From Vitrella brassicaformis CCMP3155 (taxonomy: Eukaryota > Protista > Chromerida), in the NCBI GenBank assembly GCA_001179505.1, contig CDMY01000613.1:249720-313719 (forward strand): a stretch of DNA of 64,000 bases, written 5' to 3'. This document shows, in pieces, positions 1-12,539 of this stretch (position 1 is the first letter of the stretch; every line of letters begins with the position of its first letter). The position numbers were made by a program, and so were the translations under genes. Under the pieces are notes generated by a model. It worked only from the letters and a program-made list of their open reading frames with translations, searched no databases and was not told the DNA's origin.

Positions 1-85
1 TACATACCGACTGCCGTGACCAGAGAATGCGCAATCAAAGGGACAAGGGAGGTCGATTCCACTGACTTTAACACTCATGTCTCGC

Positions 86-3000
86 TCAGCTCGGCCTGGC
101 CTCTTGGCTGCAGAAGATGCTGTCAGCCAGCGACAAATGTCTTCGCGCCCCTGCCTGGACACGGTCCATCTCCTGCCCCTCGCCTGGACACGGTCCATCT
201 ATACCGCCCTCTTCATCGCCATCCTCATCACAGACCGTCTCTGCCGGGCCGCTCGACCTCCCAAACTCACCGGTCGCCAGACGCCCGGCGGTGTGGGCGA
301 ACGTCTCGCTGTCGCCATGATGCGGGCCACCTACCAGGGCCGAGCGGAATGGGATGGGTGTCGGAGGGATGATGGCCGCGGCCTCTTCACTGAAGGTGAT
401 TAAGCGGTCGTCCCGCCGGCCAGCAGCACTGGGGTCACCGTGGCCGTCAACTGTACTCACGCCGACTGTTGGCGTGCTCTCCTCGCTGTATTGTTGGACA
501 AGGTGAGCTTCTCCCAAAGATTCGCCGTGTCGCCCACTTGCGCCGTCCGCGCCAGCACAAACGAGAGGAAGCCCTTCCGAGAACGGCAGCTTCAACTCTT
601 CCCCATCGACGCCGCCTTGTTGCGCAGCATCGCATGTCTCCTCATCGCCCTGCCACCCATGGTCCATAAGGGCCGAATCGTCGTCCGGTCGATCTGGTTC
701 GATAGCATCTGGAAGAAGAGACATGCCAGGCAACTGGGCTTCTTCTTGCAGGTCGGGTTCGTCGACAGCAGCACTAATTCGCTCTGATGGCAGATCGCCT
801 TCAGCACCCAACGCATCCCCAACGCATCCTCAACGCACTCTGCTCTTCCTGTTTCGCCTCCGGTAAGGCTTCATCTCTGCCAGGCGCCGGTGTCTCGTCC
901 TCAGGAAGGACATATGCATTAGATGGTCTTCTAGCCTCACCATGGAGTCCTTGGAACCACTCACTAGCGTCAACACCGTCTTGCTCAGTTTCCCACACCA
1001 CACGTCTGTCGCCTTTGTCAGCCTCTACGACGTCGTCTTCTGCAGGGTTCTGGTCGTCTGGAAGTGAGGCTTTGGCTTCCTTCTCGTCTGAGACTGATGC
1101 CAGCTCAGCTGCTGCCTCTCCATCTGAGGCAGTATCCCCGGCCTCAGCCGGTAGATGAGCGGGCGAGAAGACCTCTTCTGTCAGCGATGCCGTGGCGCCA
1201 TGGTCGACCTCATGTCCGTCAGCGAAGGCTGAAGACATGCTGTATTTCTCCGTGTCTCTGTCGCGGCCATCGTGTGCAGTGATGTCTTTGTCTTCATGAC
1301 TAAGGGGCAGGTCGATGGGCTCAGACGGCGGCACATCGTCTTGGTTGCTCGGAGACATCTCGTCTTCTCTCTGGTCTTCGGCTGCCAAGTCAGCAACCGC
1401 CCCTGTTTCAGCAGAGACGGGCTCTTCCCACCCTGGTGAATCGTCGCCACCTTCAAGCAGCAAGCTCTCTTCATCCACGTGTATCGGCGCTTGGCGGTCG
1501 TCAGATCCCTGCTCCTCCTGAGCTAGACCAACAGACACCCGGGCAACTGGCGTCTCAACCAGCAGCTCGCTGAAATGGTCGTCGGGCAGCGTATTCTTCT
1601 CATTAAGTGACGTCTTTTCCTGGTCGACATTGACGTCTTCTCCAGGCTCGCTGAGAGTGGCCTGCGCGACGGCTTGACCCTGTTCTTCATCCACCGCGGG
1701 CTCGGCATCTTTCTCCTCCAAGTTTTCATCAACCTCATCAGGCATCAGGTGGGCTGTGTCATCGTGTATAACGACGTCAATGTCTGCACCGCCCTCAGGC
1801 TGGCCACCGGGTACTGAGGATTCTCCACCATCTTGCAAACGGTGGTCTGAGTGCACAGGGCTTTGCCTCTCTCCAGGCGTGGCATTGTCTCGGGCCTCGT
1901 CAAGGATGACGTGAGATGACGCCTCAGACTCTGGCAGAGACGGCTGCCGCTCCTCTTCGGGTAGAGCGTCTGGCGCAAAAGGAGCCCTATCCTCTTCATG
2001 GTGCTCCTCCGTCTCCTCTCCCCCTTCGCCAGGGATTTCCTCGGTCCCGGTGACACTCCCTCTCTCTTTCGCCACCTCTGTCTGCGACTGCGCCAGGGCC
2101 AGCCCATACTGGAGGACAGCGGCGTTGGACGGCGTGGTGTCCTCATCCAAATATTGAAAAGACACCAAAGCAGTTGAGGGTCTCTCCACGTCTCCTAGTT
2201 TCTCAGTTGTCTGTGGCTGCTGTGCCGCAGGTGCCGTGGGCAGGGCCGCCCTGTCTCTGTGCTCTCGGAAGCGGCGCTGGATGATGCGAGCAGACGAATG
2301 GATGCGCATCAACAAAGCAATCTTGTGCAGCCTGAAGCCAGCCGGCCGATCAGCAACCGGAGCGGAAGGATTGAGCACTTCGAGCACCCTTACCTGACAC
2401 GTAGCCGCACGGCTGTTCCCCGCCACGCTCTCTGTATGACGAGAGCAGCTCGAATTTGAACCTCCACAGGCACCCACTGATCCCTCTGCAGGCAGCCAGA
2501 CAGAATGTCATCAAGTACCCATCAGCACAGCACAGCACAGCAAACGAACAAGGGCCCGCCTGCCTGCCTGCCTACCTTTGCATAGAGGAGGGCGGGGGGC
2601 ATGCTTTTCCCTGCCGGCCTGGCCCATGCCCTAGAAGGACGAAGAGACTCTTGAACGTCCTCCCAAAAACACCGTCTCCTCCTCACCACCAGGCCTCCCA
2701 TCGCTCCAACAGTCGACACAGTCGGGCTCAGCTTCCCCGGCAGAGGGCCTGGGGCATGGCTTGGCTGCTCATCTGGTCGCGCCGGTTTCGTCTGACCTGG
2801 AGGGTGCGGTGTGCGTCTTGAGTGGGAGGAGGAGACCTGCCGCCGGCGATGGCGGCCTGCGCCAGCGACGCCACCCGCAAAAGGTGTGTCGGCTGTATTC
2901 GGCCGGAGCGCACCCGCGGGTCGGCCTCTCCTCTGTGGCGGCCATGATGGCCTGTCTTGATCTTGATGACGTGGAGAGGACAAGAAAGGCGAGGGAAAGG

Positions 3001-5416
3001 GCGTCGAGGAACAGGGTGGCACAGTCGACCCTGGGGTGGTCGACGCATTGGCAGTTCGTCTCTTTGACGATGAGCCGACGAAGGGCGTGGTGTGGGCGGA
3101 CGGGGAGGGGGTCGACAGCGGGATGGAGCTAGGCGTCAGGGGCGGCTCCAGGGCGGGCAGAGTGGGGGGAGAAGCGCGTTTGGTGTGCGATGAAGGGGTG
3201 CGCAACCCGACACTCAGGGCGATGGATGATGATCTTTGTTGTCGTCGTGACGGCAGCGTGTCTCTGTCGTGGGCGAGAGATGACTGTTCCGCTGCACTTT
3301 CCCTGCGACACTCCACTTGTCCCTTGACGAGCCTCGACCTCACCACACACCGCCGGCGACAGTGCTTTGCCGCCCCTTCTCTCTCGTCGGCCGCCTCTCC
3401 GTGCCTCTCGGAGCCGCCCATGAGTGAAAGTCGGCCATCGGCAGATTGCAATAGGGGAGACGAAGGCACAGCCCCGTAGGGGTACACTACGGTGATTGGG
3501 TCATCATCCCCTGGTTGGGGTGAGACGGATGGGGAGGGGGAGGGGGAGACACGTGGCCTTTCGCGGGTGGGTGGTCTGCTCGTGGCCGGGGGTGACAGCC
3601 GCAGCGGAGGCAGCATTCCGTCTTCCTGCCCCTCCTGCTGCTGCCCCTGCTGCTGCTGCTGCTCGTCAGCCGTATTCAGCAGTGAGTTGAGCGACTTGTC
3701 TGTCGGTCTCTTCTGACTTGAGCCTTCCATGCCGAACAACTGCGCGCTTGTGAAGGCACAGGAGTCCTCAATCCGCCTGGTGAGGGGATGCTCGCTGCCG
3801 AGGCTGCTGGCCGCCAGCTTGCAGGCCTTGCTGAGATAGCTCGTCGGAGCAGATGGGTCAAGCATGGCCGAGTGTCGCAGCTCCGATATCTGCCATTCGT
3901 TGGGATGGACTTGCGAAAGGGCCTCCACTGCATAGTTGTGGTATGCGACGCAAAGGTAGGCTGTGAGCCGGCGGTGTGAGGTGTCTTGGCCATGTGACAG
4001 GTAGCCCTCGAGCAGAGACATGACGTTGGCATTGCTCGATACGGCCTCGCTGGTCCTACACACACACACACACTCACATACACATGGATGGAGGGTGGAT
4101 GGATGGAGGGGGAGGGGGCCTGCCGAACATACCTGCCATTCTCTCCGTAGAGAAACGCTGCGTTTAGAATGACGTGTGCTCGCATTTCGATCAGCCGCAA
4201 TAGATGCACGTCATCTCTTTCATCGCTGCTGCCGTTCGGTACTGCATTGAAGGTCGTCGGTAGGACCTCCGATGGCCATTGCGAGAGGCAATGGAAAGCC
4301 CGAAACGTGGCCTGGAGCGCGGCCTCGTATTTGTTGCGGCTCTTGAACAAGAGAGACATGCTAGACGGACACACACACTCACAGGGACAGAGTGAGAAAT
4401 ACCTGGTGCATTTGCTCTACCGATCACTTCCCACTTGGTATAGGTCTCTGCTCGCCTGAGAGGGTTGTACACGCCACATCCCTCGACGGCCATAGGCTCC
4501 CTCACAGTGCCCCCCCTCGGCTCACGCAGCGTTTCTGCGAACGCCTTGGCACTGTGCCGTCTCTTTCTCGCCGCGTCAGAGTGCCTTACGCCCCTCTCCT
4601 GCACCGCGACAAATCGCCGCGCTGCTCTCGTCCGGGTGGTGTTCGATGAGGGCTTTGTCAGCTCAAGGGCTGCCTGCAAGAGGTAGTTGGCGGCGTCGTG
4701 GCTGACGCCGGGAGAGGAGTGGATGATTTGGAGGGCAAGGTGGTTGAAGAGCCACACAACCATGTCCACTGTGGCAAGGAACTGCACATGCAGGCACACA
4801 TAGACAGACATGCACACAGGGAGGACCGTTTGTGCAATGCCATATGCCTGTGGCGGTGGTGGCCGGCCAGGCCAGTTGCCCACCTCCTGATGCTCAGGTC
4901 CCAAGAGGTTCATCCACAGCATCACCACCTCCTGGTAAACCTGGACACACTGAATGGTCAGCCCTAGCAATGCCGTCCCGTTCCTGTCGCCGCCGCGCGG
5001 GGAGCTTCCGCACATGCTGCCGAACCGCATTCGAAGGGCGCTGCTTACACAACAATATCAGACTGACCAATGAGGCAGACACCCGTGTATGTAGTGCCAC
5101 CTTCCATCGTTGGTGAGCTCCTTCAGGCGCCTCAGCGTGTGCGTGAATCGTTCTGCCTCGCTCCGGGAGAGGAATTCCGCCGGGCTCTGCAGAGACAAAG
5201 GCTGAGACAGCCAGACCACACAACTCTCACGCACTCATCCCTCAGCGTGTGTGTGTCTGTGGCGTGCAGCCCCGAGCAGCCCCGCATTTCAACGCCTTCC
5301 ATCTGTCTGCCTGCCGGTCAGTGATTTTTTATGCGTACCGCATCTTGTGTGCAACTGCCGAGCCACAGCCTAAGAGGCCTTCGCTCTGGAAACACGTGCG
5401 AGAACCGCAGATCCAT
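86..5416 (-). CDS. Multi-exon protein: N-terminal TPR-like helical repeats, Ser/Pro-rich linker, two IQ calmodulin-binding motifs, long acidic low-complexity tail (possibly flagellar)
   Basis: Consecutive minus-strand ORFs (4894-5223, 4191-5030, 3676-4374, 2522-4069, 801-2477, 86-811) joined by GT-AG introns. TPR-like segments include AYLCVAYHNYAVEAL and SYLSKACKLAASSLGSEHPLT. IQ motifs are IQRAWRGTAVR (2405-2437) and IQRRFREHRDR (about 2255-2290). The start ATG at 5416 (MDLRFSH) is tentative. Confidence 0.6.
147..200 (+). repeat. About 29-bp direct tandem duplication (GCCTGGACACGGTCCATCT core x2)
   Basis: Identical 19-mer at 153-171 and 182-200, each preceded by GCCCCT(C). Confidence 0.9.
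809..841 (+). repeat. 11-bp tandem repeat x3 (CAACGCATCCC / CAACGCATCCT / CAACGCACTCT)
   Basis: Read directly. It lies at the frame break between ORFs 801-2477 and 86-811. Confidence 0.9.
2405..2437 (-). other. Canonical IQ motif (IQRAWRGTAVR) in a short exon absent from the ORF track
   Basis: The exon after the CTGCAG acceptor reads RDQWVPVEVQIRAALVIQRAWRGTAVRLRV and ends at AG|GTAAGG. It matches [FILV]Qxxx[RK]Gxxx[RK] and splices in phase 2 into the exon carrying the second IQ. Confidence 0.75.
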
Positions 5417-5499
5417 CGGAAAGCTAATCGGAACGCGGCGAGATGGGGTGGGGGCGTTGGGGGCATTTTGCGAGCTCGAGAGTTTTCCTGAGTTCTGCG
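5417..5499. promoter_or_regulatory. Putative bidirectional promoter between divergent TPR/IQ and WD40 genes
   Basis: Only about 83-110 nt separate the inferred divergent start codons; no motif identified. Confidence 0.35.
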
Positions 5500-8400
5500 A
5501 TGTCGTGTGAGAGCCCGAAGGCCAACATGGATGAGCAGGGCGGGGTGGGGATGCCGGGTAGCGACGCGAGCCCCAGTCAGCTGCTGCAGCTCGACATGGA
5601 AGAGCTCCAGAGGCTGCAGGAGCAGTTCCACACACCCAACCACGTGCTCGTCACCCTCAACATGGAGGAGTGGCTCGCCGCCTTCTCGTTCAAACTCGCC
5701 ACCCTTTCCCCAGCCAGGCAGCAGACGTACAAGCACGACCTGACCTTGCTCTTCCAGGCAAACAAAGCAAAACAAACAGACAAACAGACAAACAGAGAGC
5801 AGAGCAGTCTGTATGACATTGTGTCTGCAGAAGATAGACGAGAGTTGCAAAGACGAGATCACTTGGGACGCGTTTACCGGCTTCATGCTGAGACACCTGC
5901 CTGTCGGCGGGTCGGAGATGGGCGCCGACGTCGACGGCGGCGACTTTGCGACGGTGGTCAAGACGGAAGGCCCGGCGGGTGGCGTGGCCAGCCCTGAGAG
6001 GGAGCAACACTCGGACTTCATCAACAAGATACTCGTCATCAGTGACAAAGACGCCAGCACCCAGGCGACGTCAAGCGAAGCTGCCTCGAGCGGCGGCCGC
6101 CCTCCCGTCGCTGCTGGCAACCGCTTCGCCGCCCGATACGTCACTGCAGGTATGTATCACATCACACACAGAGAGCCACCTAAACACAGATGCGTGTGTG
6201 TGTCCATGGGTCCATCCGTCCGTCCATCCGTCTGTCCATCCGTCCGTCCATCCGTCCATCCATCCATCCGTTCATTTCATCAGGTCGTGACGGCACTCTG
6301 CGGGTGTGGTCTCCTACGTTTCAGCTGCTGCGCCGCACGAGCCTCGGTTCCCACCGGCGGTGGTTCACGGACATCTGCTGGCTCAGACGCAGCCAGCGGC
6401 TGTGCGCCGCGGCCGCAGACTTCACCCTCTTCTTCCTCGACGGCAATGTGGAGCGGTGCATCGGCAAAATCGAGACGGGCGTGGCCACACCCACTTGCCT
6501 CGCATACACCGACAGCGGCCTTGCCTGCGCCTCACACCAAGAAATACTCATGGTAAAAGAGTCACAATGACAAGCACACCACCTATATGTGACTCACCAT
6601 GGGGTGTATGTGTCTCTGTGTTTCGGCTTCTCTGTTGTGATGCTGCAACGAAGGTAGGTAGGCGACGGTCACGGTGTGGTGACACTCTACACCCTTGACA
6701 CCCTCGCGGCCGCCGACCAGTCATCGACGGGCCACACTCTGCCCGAACTGCGCTCATTCAACTCCTCCGCATCGCTCCACGGGTCGGGCTCTCGCGCAAC
6801 CAGCCCTAGCAGAGACATGGCCGACCACGCCAAGGACCTGCCACCCGTTCCCCTGCCGCAGAAGAGCGGCAGCAGAGACAGCTATGACGCCGCATCAGCA
6901 GCCGCAGGGGCGAGTGGGCAGCCGAGGGATGTTGAGCATGACAGTAGACGGATGAAAGGAGGGGCGTCTGGCGCTGTGCTCAACACGGGCGCGTTGGGAG
7001 CAGGGCGGAGCTACAGCGACCAGCGGGCGGCGGGACTTGTGACGGTCGAGCAGATCCTCCACACACCCAGGCCAATCCGACCACTGCCGCACATCTGCAA
7101 GTGAGACTTACATGCAAACAATGGAAGATAGGATACTGTCGCTGCCTGCTCATCCATCCATCCCATGCCATGTGTCACATCACAGGACGCGCTATCACGA
7201 CAATTGGGTGACAAAGGTGGGGTTCGTGCCCGACCTGCAGTCGATGGTCACATCCGGGCTCGACGGCATCATCAACATAGGCGACATACAAGTAAGGTGG
7301 GCGCAATTGACTGACCGCTTCATGGCCATCCATGGTATGATGTGCCTCTTAGACGAACAAACGGAAGCGCGACCCCATCCGCCTGCATCGCCGCGGCGTT
7401 TATTGCTGGCAGTGGTGGGCACAGACATGGAGCGGCCGGACAGCACACATGCATATGCATGTCGGTGCATTGATTGATGTGTGGGTGTGGTGTATGGCTG
7501 GCCATAGGTGTTCGACGTTTCAGTTGTTTGCGTCCGGGGGTCAGGACCGCGAGATCCTCATATGGAACCCATACACCGTCAAGCCGCTCAACTTCCTCCA
7601 CGGACACTCCGCACCCATCAAGCACCTACTGCTCAACGAGGCACGCCGCCCCACCCCTGTGTCAAACCCGCCCCATCTCATCCGTCTCTCTCTGCCTCTG
7701 TCGCTGCTTATGGATGCAGCCGTGTTTCCAGCTGATATCTGCCTCGTCCGACAAGGTCGTGAAGGTGTGGGACATCCGCAACTTCCGCTGCATGCAGACC
7801 CTCACCATGAAGGACAGCGACGACACCCATCCCATGGTGGACGGCGGGCTCGACGCCACCGGCGACGAGGGCTTCACCTCCATTGCACTCCACTGCGGAT
7901 ACGAGCGAGAGGGACAGGACACAGCCGGTGGGGCTGCTGGCAGTGCTGGCAGCGAGACACGGCTGCTCCTAACCGACAGGAAAGTGCACTGCTGGCCTCT
8001 CTCTGTGCCGACGGAACACTTCAAGAGTCACAGACGTCCGGTGGTCAAGGCGCTATACAATGCAAATTTCCAACAGGTATACGTACAACGAATAGGACCG
8101 GGCATGGCATAATATCACTGTGGGGCTGGCTATCTGGTGTGCTGCCTTCAGGCGGTGAGTGGCGACATCAGCGGGACAGTGCGTGTGTGGGACCTCAAGA
8201 CGGGAGCACTCCTTCTGCAGTTCCATCAAGCACACGGCAAAGACAAGGCACGCACGCACCACAACCACAAGCACGTACACGTGTCTCATGTGCAAAAGAT
8301 GATGTATGCGTGTATGCAGCTGACGAGCATGTGCTTCGACAGCACCGAGCGTCGGCTGCTCACGGCCTCCGACAACGGCACCGTCATCTTGTGGAACTTC

Positions 8401-11400
8401 TCATCGGGCCAAGCCATTCGCACCTTCGCTCTCCACGAGCAACACCCCACCGAGCTGACCGAGCTGCGCGTCTTCTGCGAGACACCACAGCAGCGAGATG
8501 AAGACGCCCAGCCGACCCACACGCACCAGCAGCAGCAGCAGCCCGTGGCCCGCAAAAATAGTGGCGAGAGCAGCAGCAGCAGCAGGGAGCCACGGCAGCC
8601 AGCCCCATCCCCCGCTCCACCCGCCTTGATGCGGCGGCGTCGGTCATCTCGCGGCAAGGAGATGAGCGAGCTGGTGGTGGGGGTCGGCGTGGACAAGCGG
8701 ATATATGTGTGGCCGCACAGCAAGCGGGAGAAGATCACGGTGCAGATGGTGCTTGACGATCCCACCAACGACGCTGAGGGCGACATGACGTCATTCTGCT
8801 GCTGCCCCGCCTATCAGAGCCTCGTCAGCGCCGACTCGGACGGATTCATCTACATATGGAAGATACAGGTACGTGTGCCTTACTTACAAGTAAGGCAGAT
8901 CGATCTGCCATTCACACGCGAGGCGGCTCTCTTTGTTCGTTCTCGGTGTCTGTCTTCAGGAGTATCACGAGCAAACTCGGCCGCTCAAATTCCGTCTGCG
9001 GGACACTGTCATGCGCGGCATGTCGTCCAGCATGCCAATTCCCCCCTCCCCTCGCACAGTCGGGTTCTCCTCCACAAGTACCCCCTTCAACCCCCGCACC
9101 TCCTCCATCGCCGAGACCAACCCCCGCACCTCACTCGCGGCCGACACCAACGCGCGCAGCTCACTCATGTCTTATACCGACACGCGCGCATCGCGCGTCA
9201 GCAGAAAAAGTGAACAGCCCCAGGTCGCTACCTACTTGCCGCAGATCGGGGGCAAGGGCCCACCCACTGGCTCGCTGCCTGGGTACAAGCGACTGAGTGT
9301 GGTGTCCCACCTGCCGACGCTGCCTCCCAGCCACAGCGGGACAGTGTCGCCGTCGATGCTCAGCCCTCGGGCGGCGGGGAGCGGCATACAGAGAGAGCAG
9401 CGGCTGAGTGTCTTTTCCACTGCTGGGCTGGGTGAGGGGGAGGACCGCACAGAGGGGTTCCTCGAAGGGCTCAAGCAGCTGCACGCGCCAGCCGGGGGCT
9501 ACGCCCACCGAGTGGACCAGGTCATCTTTCTGGAGACCAAGCAGGTCCTGGCTTCCATCCATGCCGACGGCTACCTCCGGTTATGGAGCGTGGCCAAGGG
9601 TGAGCTGCTGAGCCGGACCAAGATGCCCTTCAGCCCATCAGGTGAGGACAGGCAACAAGAGATGGGGGCAGGTGCTGTCGACGAACGCACCACCACACGC
9701 AAGACCACCATCCTCAGCCCTGTCTCTTCGGGCGGCGAAGTGGGGCGAAAGTGAGTACTTGAGAGAAAAGGAAACCCTCAGCCACTCACTCTAGGCCCGC
9801 ATGCATTCCTGTGTGTGTGTGTCAATGTCGATCTGGCCTGGCAGGCACGGGAGCATGCCAGTGAACCAGCACACCCTCCCCTCCGCCCCCACCGACACAG
9901 CCCGCCCGTCCGCCGCCTCTCTGCTCAAGCGGCACACGGGCAGGCGAGTCAGCAAAAAGAAGGCCCCCAGGATCGAGATATCCTCCCCGCGATACCACAA
10001 CATCGCCCCAGACAGCCAGCGCACTGACCAGCCCGCCTCGCCCGACGGCCAAATCGCCACCGGCGGTCAGCAGCAGATGAGTGTGGCCGCTTCTGCCGAT
10101 CGCGTGCGGCTGACGTGCGTCGACACCAACCGCGGCAACACGGTGCTGTTGGGTGGATCGGCGAGGGGCGAGGTGTGCATCTGGGACATATCTCGGCTGG
10201 AAGGGCTAGGCAGCGTCGTCACGCCCTCTCAGGCCGCCGCTGCAGCGACAATGTCGTTTATCACACCCCGCAACATGCTGCTCAAGGCCGCGGCTCATGG
10301 GGTCGTCATGATGAAGAGGGGAGGGGGGGAAGACGCAACCGCCGCACCTCAGCCGCCGGCTGGAGCCTCGCAACATGACAAGGAGAGGGAAGCCGAGACG
10401 GGCTCCGCGCGGGCGTCGACGGCTGGCGGGGGGCCGCGGAAGAGGGGCCACAGCAAGCTGGGGGCACTGATGATGCAGGCCGCCTCGATGGCCAGGGCGG
10501 ACGCCATGGGCAGGGCTGAACCCATCACGCTCACAGCCAGAACGACGCTGCACGACGATGCGGTCAGGAGCGTTTGCCTCATAGAAGGGGGGGTGTCGCC
10601 ACAGCCAATGACGGTAACTGGTCTCATTCCAAGGAGCCCACACACAGCCCATCCCTCTCTCTTTGCCTGTCTGGGTGTCTGTCTGCCTGGTCGTGTGTGT
10701 GCAGCTTTCGTGTTCGGCGACGGCCATAGTGCTGTCGACGATCGACGGCACGCGAGTGGGCATCTTCTCGGAGCAGGCCTCCTCCAGATGGGCCCTGTGG
10801 CAGCCCGACACCTACCTCGACACGCGGCTGGAGCAGCAGAGGAGGGAGCAGGAACTCGCAGCCAAGAGGGGGCGCAAGCGGACGGGCGATGATGAGCAGG
10901 CCCCGCTGGGGGAACAGGAGACGGCAACCAAGGAGCACGAAAGGCCGCCCTTGCCACAAATGCCGGTGCGCTAACCCACCCCCCACTCACCCACCCCCAC
11001 AGCCGACCATTCAGGCATGCGTCTGTCTCTTTGTGTGCGTGGTGGGTGGTCTGATTGACGTGTCACATCAATCAGCGGCGGAGTGCAGCCGCTCGAGGGG
11101 GTGATGGGGAGGGCGGCGACGATGCCGAGGATGGGGGTGCACCTCGCGAGCCGGGCATGCAGGTGAGATTCACCCCGCCATGGAAGAAGGAGCGCACCTC
11201 ACAGTCCAAGCAGAAATCGCCCAGGAAACAGAGAACAGGTGTGTTCTTGACATGGCGGCAGACACACATGCAGACAGACAGACAGACACAAATGTGCCTC
11301 CGTCCGTGTCTTGGTCTGTGCCGTCACCCCACGCATAAATCAATGCACTAATGCAGTCCAGAAGCGCGAGTGGCGCTATGTGCCACTGACGACGGGCGGC

Positions 11401-11932
11401 GTCCAGACAGGCAGACTCTCCGTCGACAGGGTAACTAACGTACAGACACAAACACGAGACACACACATGCCGCCCCCCCTCTCTCTCTGTCCGTCCATCT
11501 GAGTGTGTGTGTCTCTCCCTTTCCTTCCCTGTCTCTGTCATCCCCCAACAGTCGGCCCCAATGCACGCCGGCCATTCGTACGGCCAAATGGCGTGCTCGC
11601 GCGTCTTCAGCGCCTTTTCGATGGACAGTGCCCGACCCAACATGCGGCTCAACGAGAACCTCAAGCAGGTCTACCCCAACGCCCGCGTGACCTCCTTCAT
11701 CGACAGCGGGGCCGCCAACGCCGCCGCGCTCGACAGTAGCCTTGTGGTACTGGGGGACGAGCGACACCATCTCATGCACAGCCGTGGGGCTGGTGGGGGG
11801 GCTGGCGGGGGGGGTGGGAAGGTTGATGACCCGACAGGCCGTGACAGGTATGGCTCTGGCGCGGCACAGATGACGGTGCAGGTGGAGGATGTGGTCAGGG
11901 GCGTGCGCAAGTGGATCACCCAAACCACATGA
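5500..11932 (+). CDS. EF-hand + WD40-repeat protein, WDR49/EFCAB8/WDY-like (flagellum-associated family)
   Basis: Spliced EF-hand-like LLFQ|[22 protein letters not shown] repeats include [108 protein letters not shown] and [15 protein letters not shown]. Start ATG at 5500 or 5527; stop TGA at 11930-11932. Confidence 0.8.
9089..9178 (+). repeat. 30-bp coding repeat x3 (N[PA]R[TS]Sxxxx[TD]T) within the WD40 gene
   Basis: AACCCCCGCACCTC at 9089 and 9119, degenerate AACGCGCGCAGCTC at 9149; protein [30 protein letters not shown]. Confidence 0.8.
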
Positions 11933-12539
11933 CTGACATCACATACATAATCATCATCTACCTGTGGCTGTGGGTTCGTGTGGTGTGGTGTGGTGTCTCT
12001 TCCTCCCTCCTTTGTTTGCTCGTATGTGCTGCCTGCCTGCCTGCATGCGAGTGAGTGAGTGGAGGCGTGTGGGTGGAGGTGTGACTCTGAGTGAGTGAAT
12101 GGATGGATGGATGGATACTTGCAATGCATTCACTGACGACCGTACGTGGTCCGCTCCGCTCGCTCACACCTACCATACACCCTGTCTGTCACGTCTACAC
12201 ACGTACGCATATATACATATGCAACCATGAGCACGGGAGGCAACAAGGGACGGAGGGAGGGAGGGAGAGCTGTCAGGACGGCCGGGGCCCGGTGGCTTGT
12301 ATATATGTGTGTGTGTGTGTGTGTGTACAGGTCAACCAACAGACGACAAGAGGGTGGTTGTGGTGGTGGAAGGCTGGCCTCAAACAGCACACGGGCACCG
12401 AACCAAGGGAAAGAAAGACTGTCGGAAGTGCCAGCCAGGAAGGAAGACGGACAGGCGCAAAAAGAGCAAGGCGCATCAATCGGTGGGTGGCTACAAGCAC
12501 GGGAAAATGGGCGCACCCACCAAGGGGTCTGTCTGTCCG

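Noticed and set aside
147-841. Short direct repeats as a possible CRISPR array
   Set aside because: Only two or three adjacent copies, no unique spacers, no cas genes, eukaryotic context.
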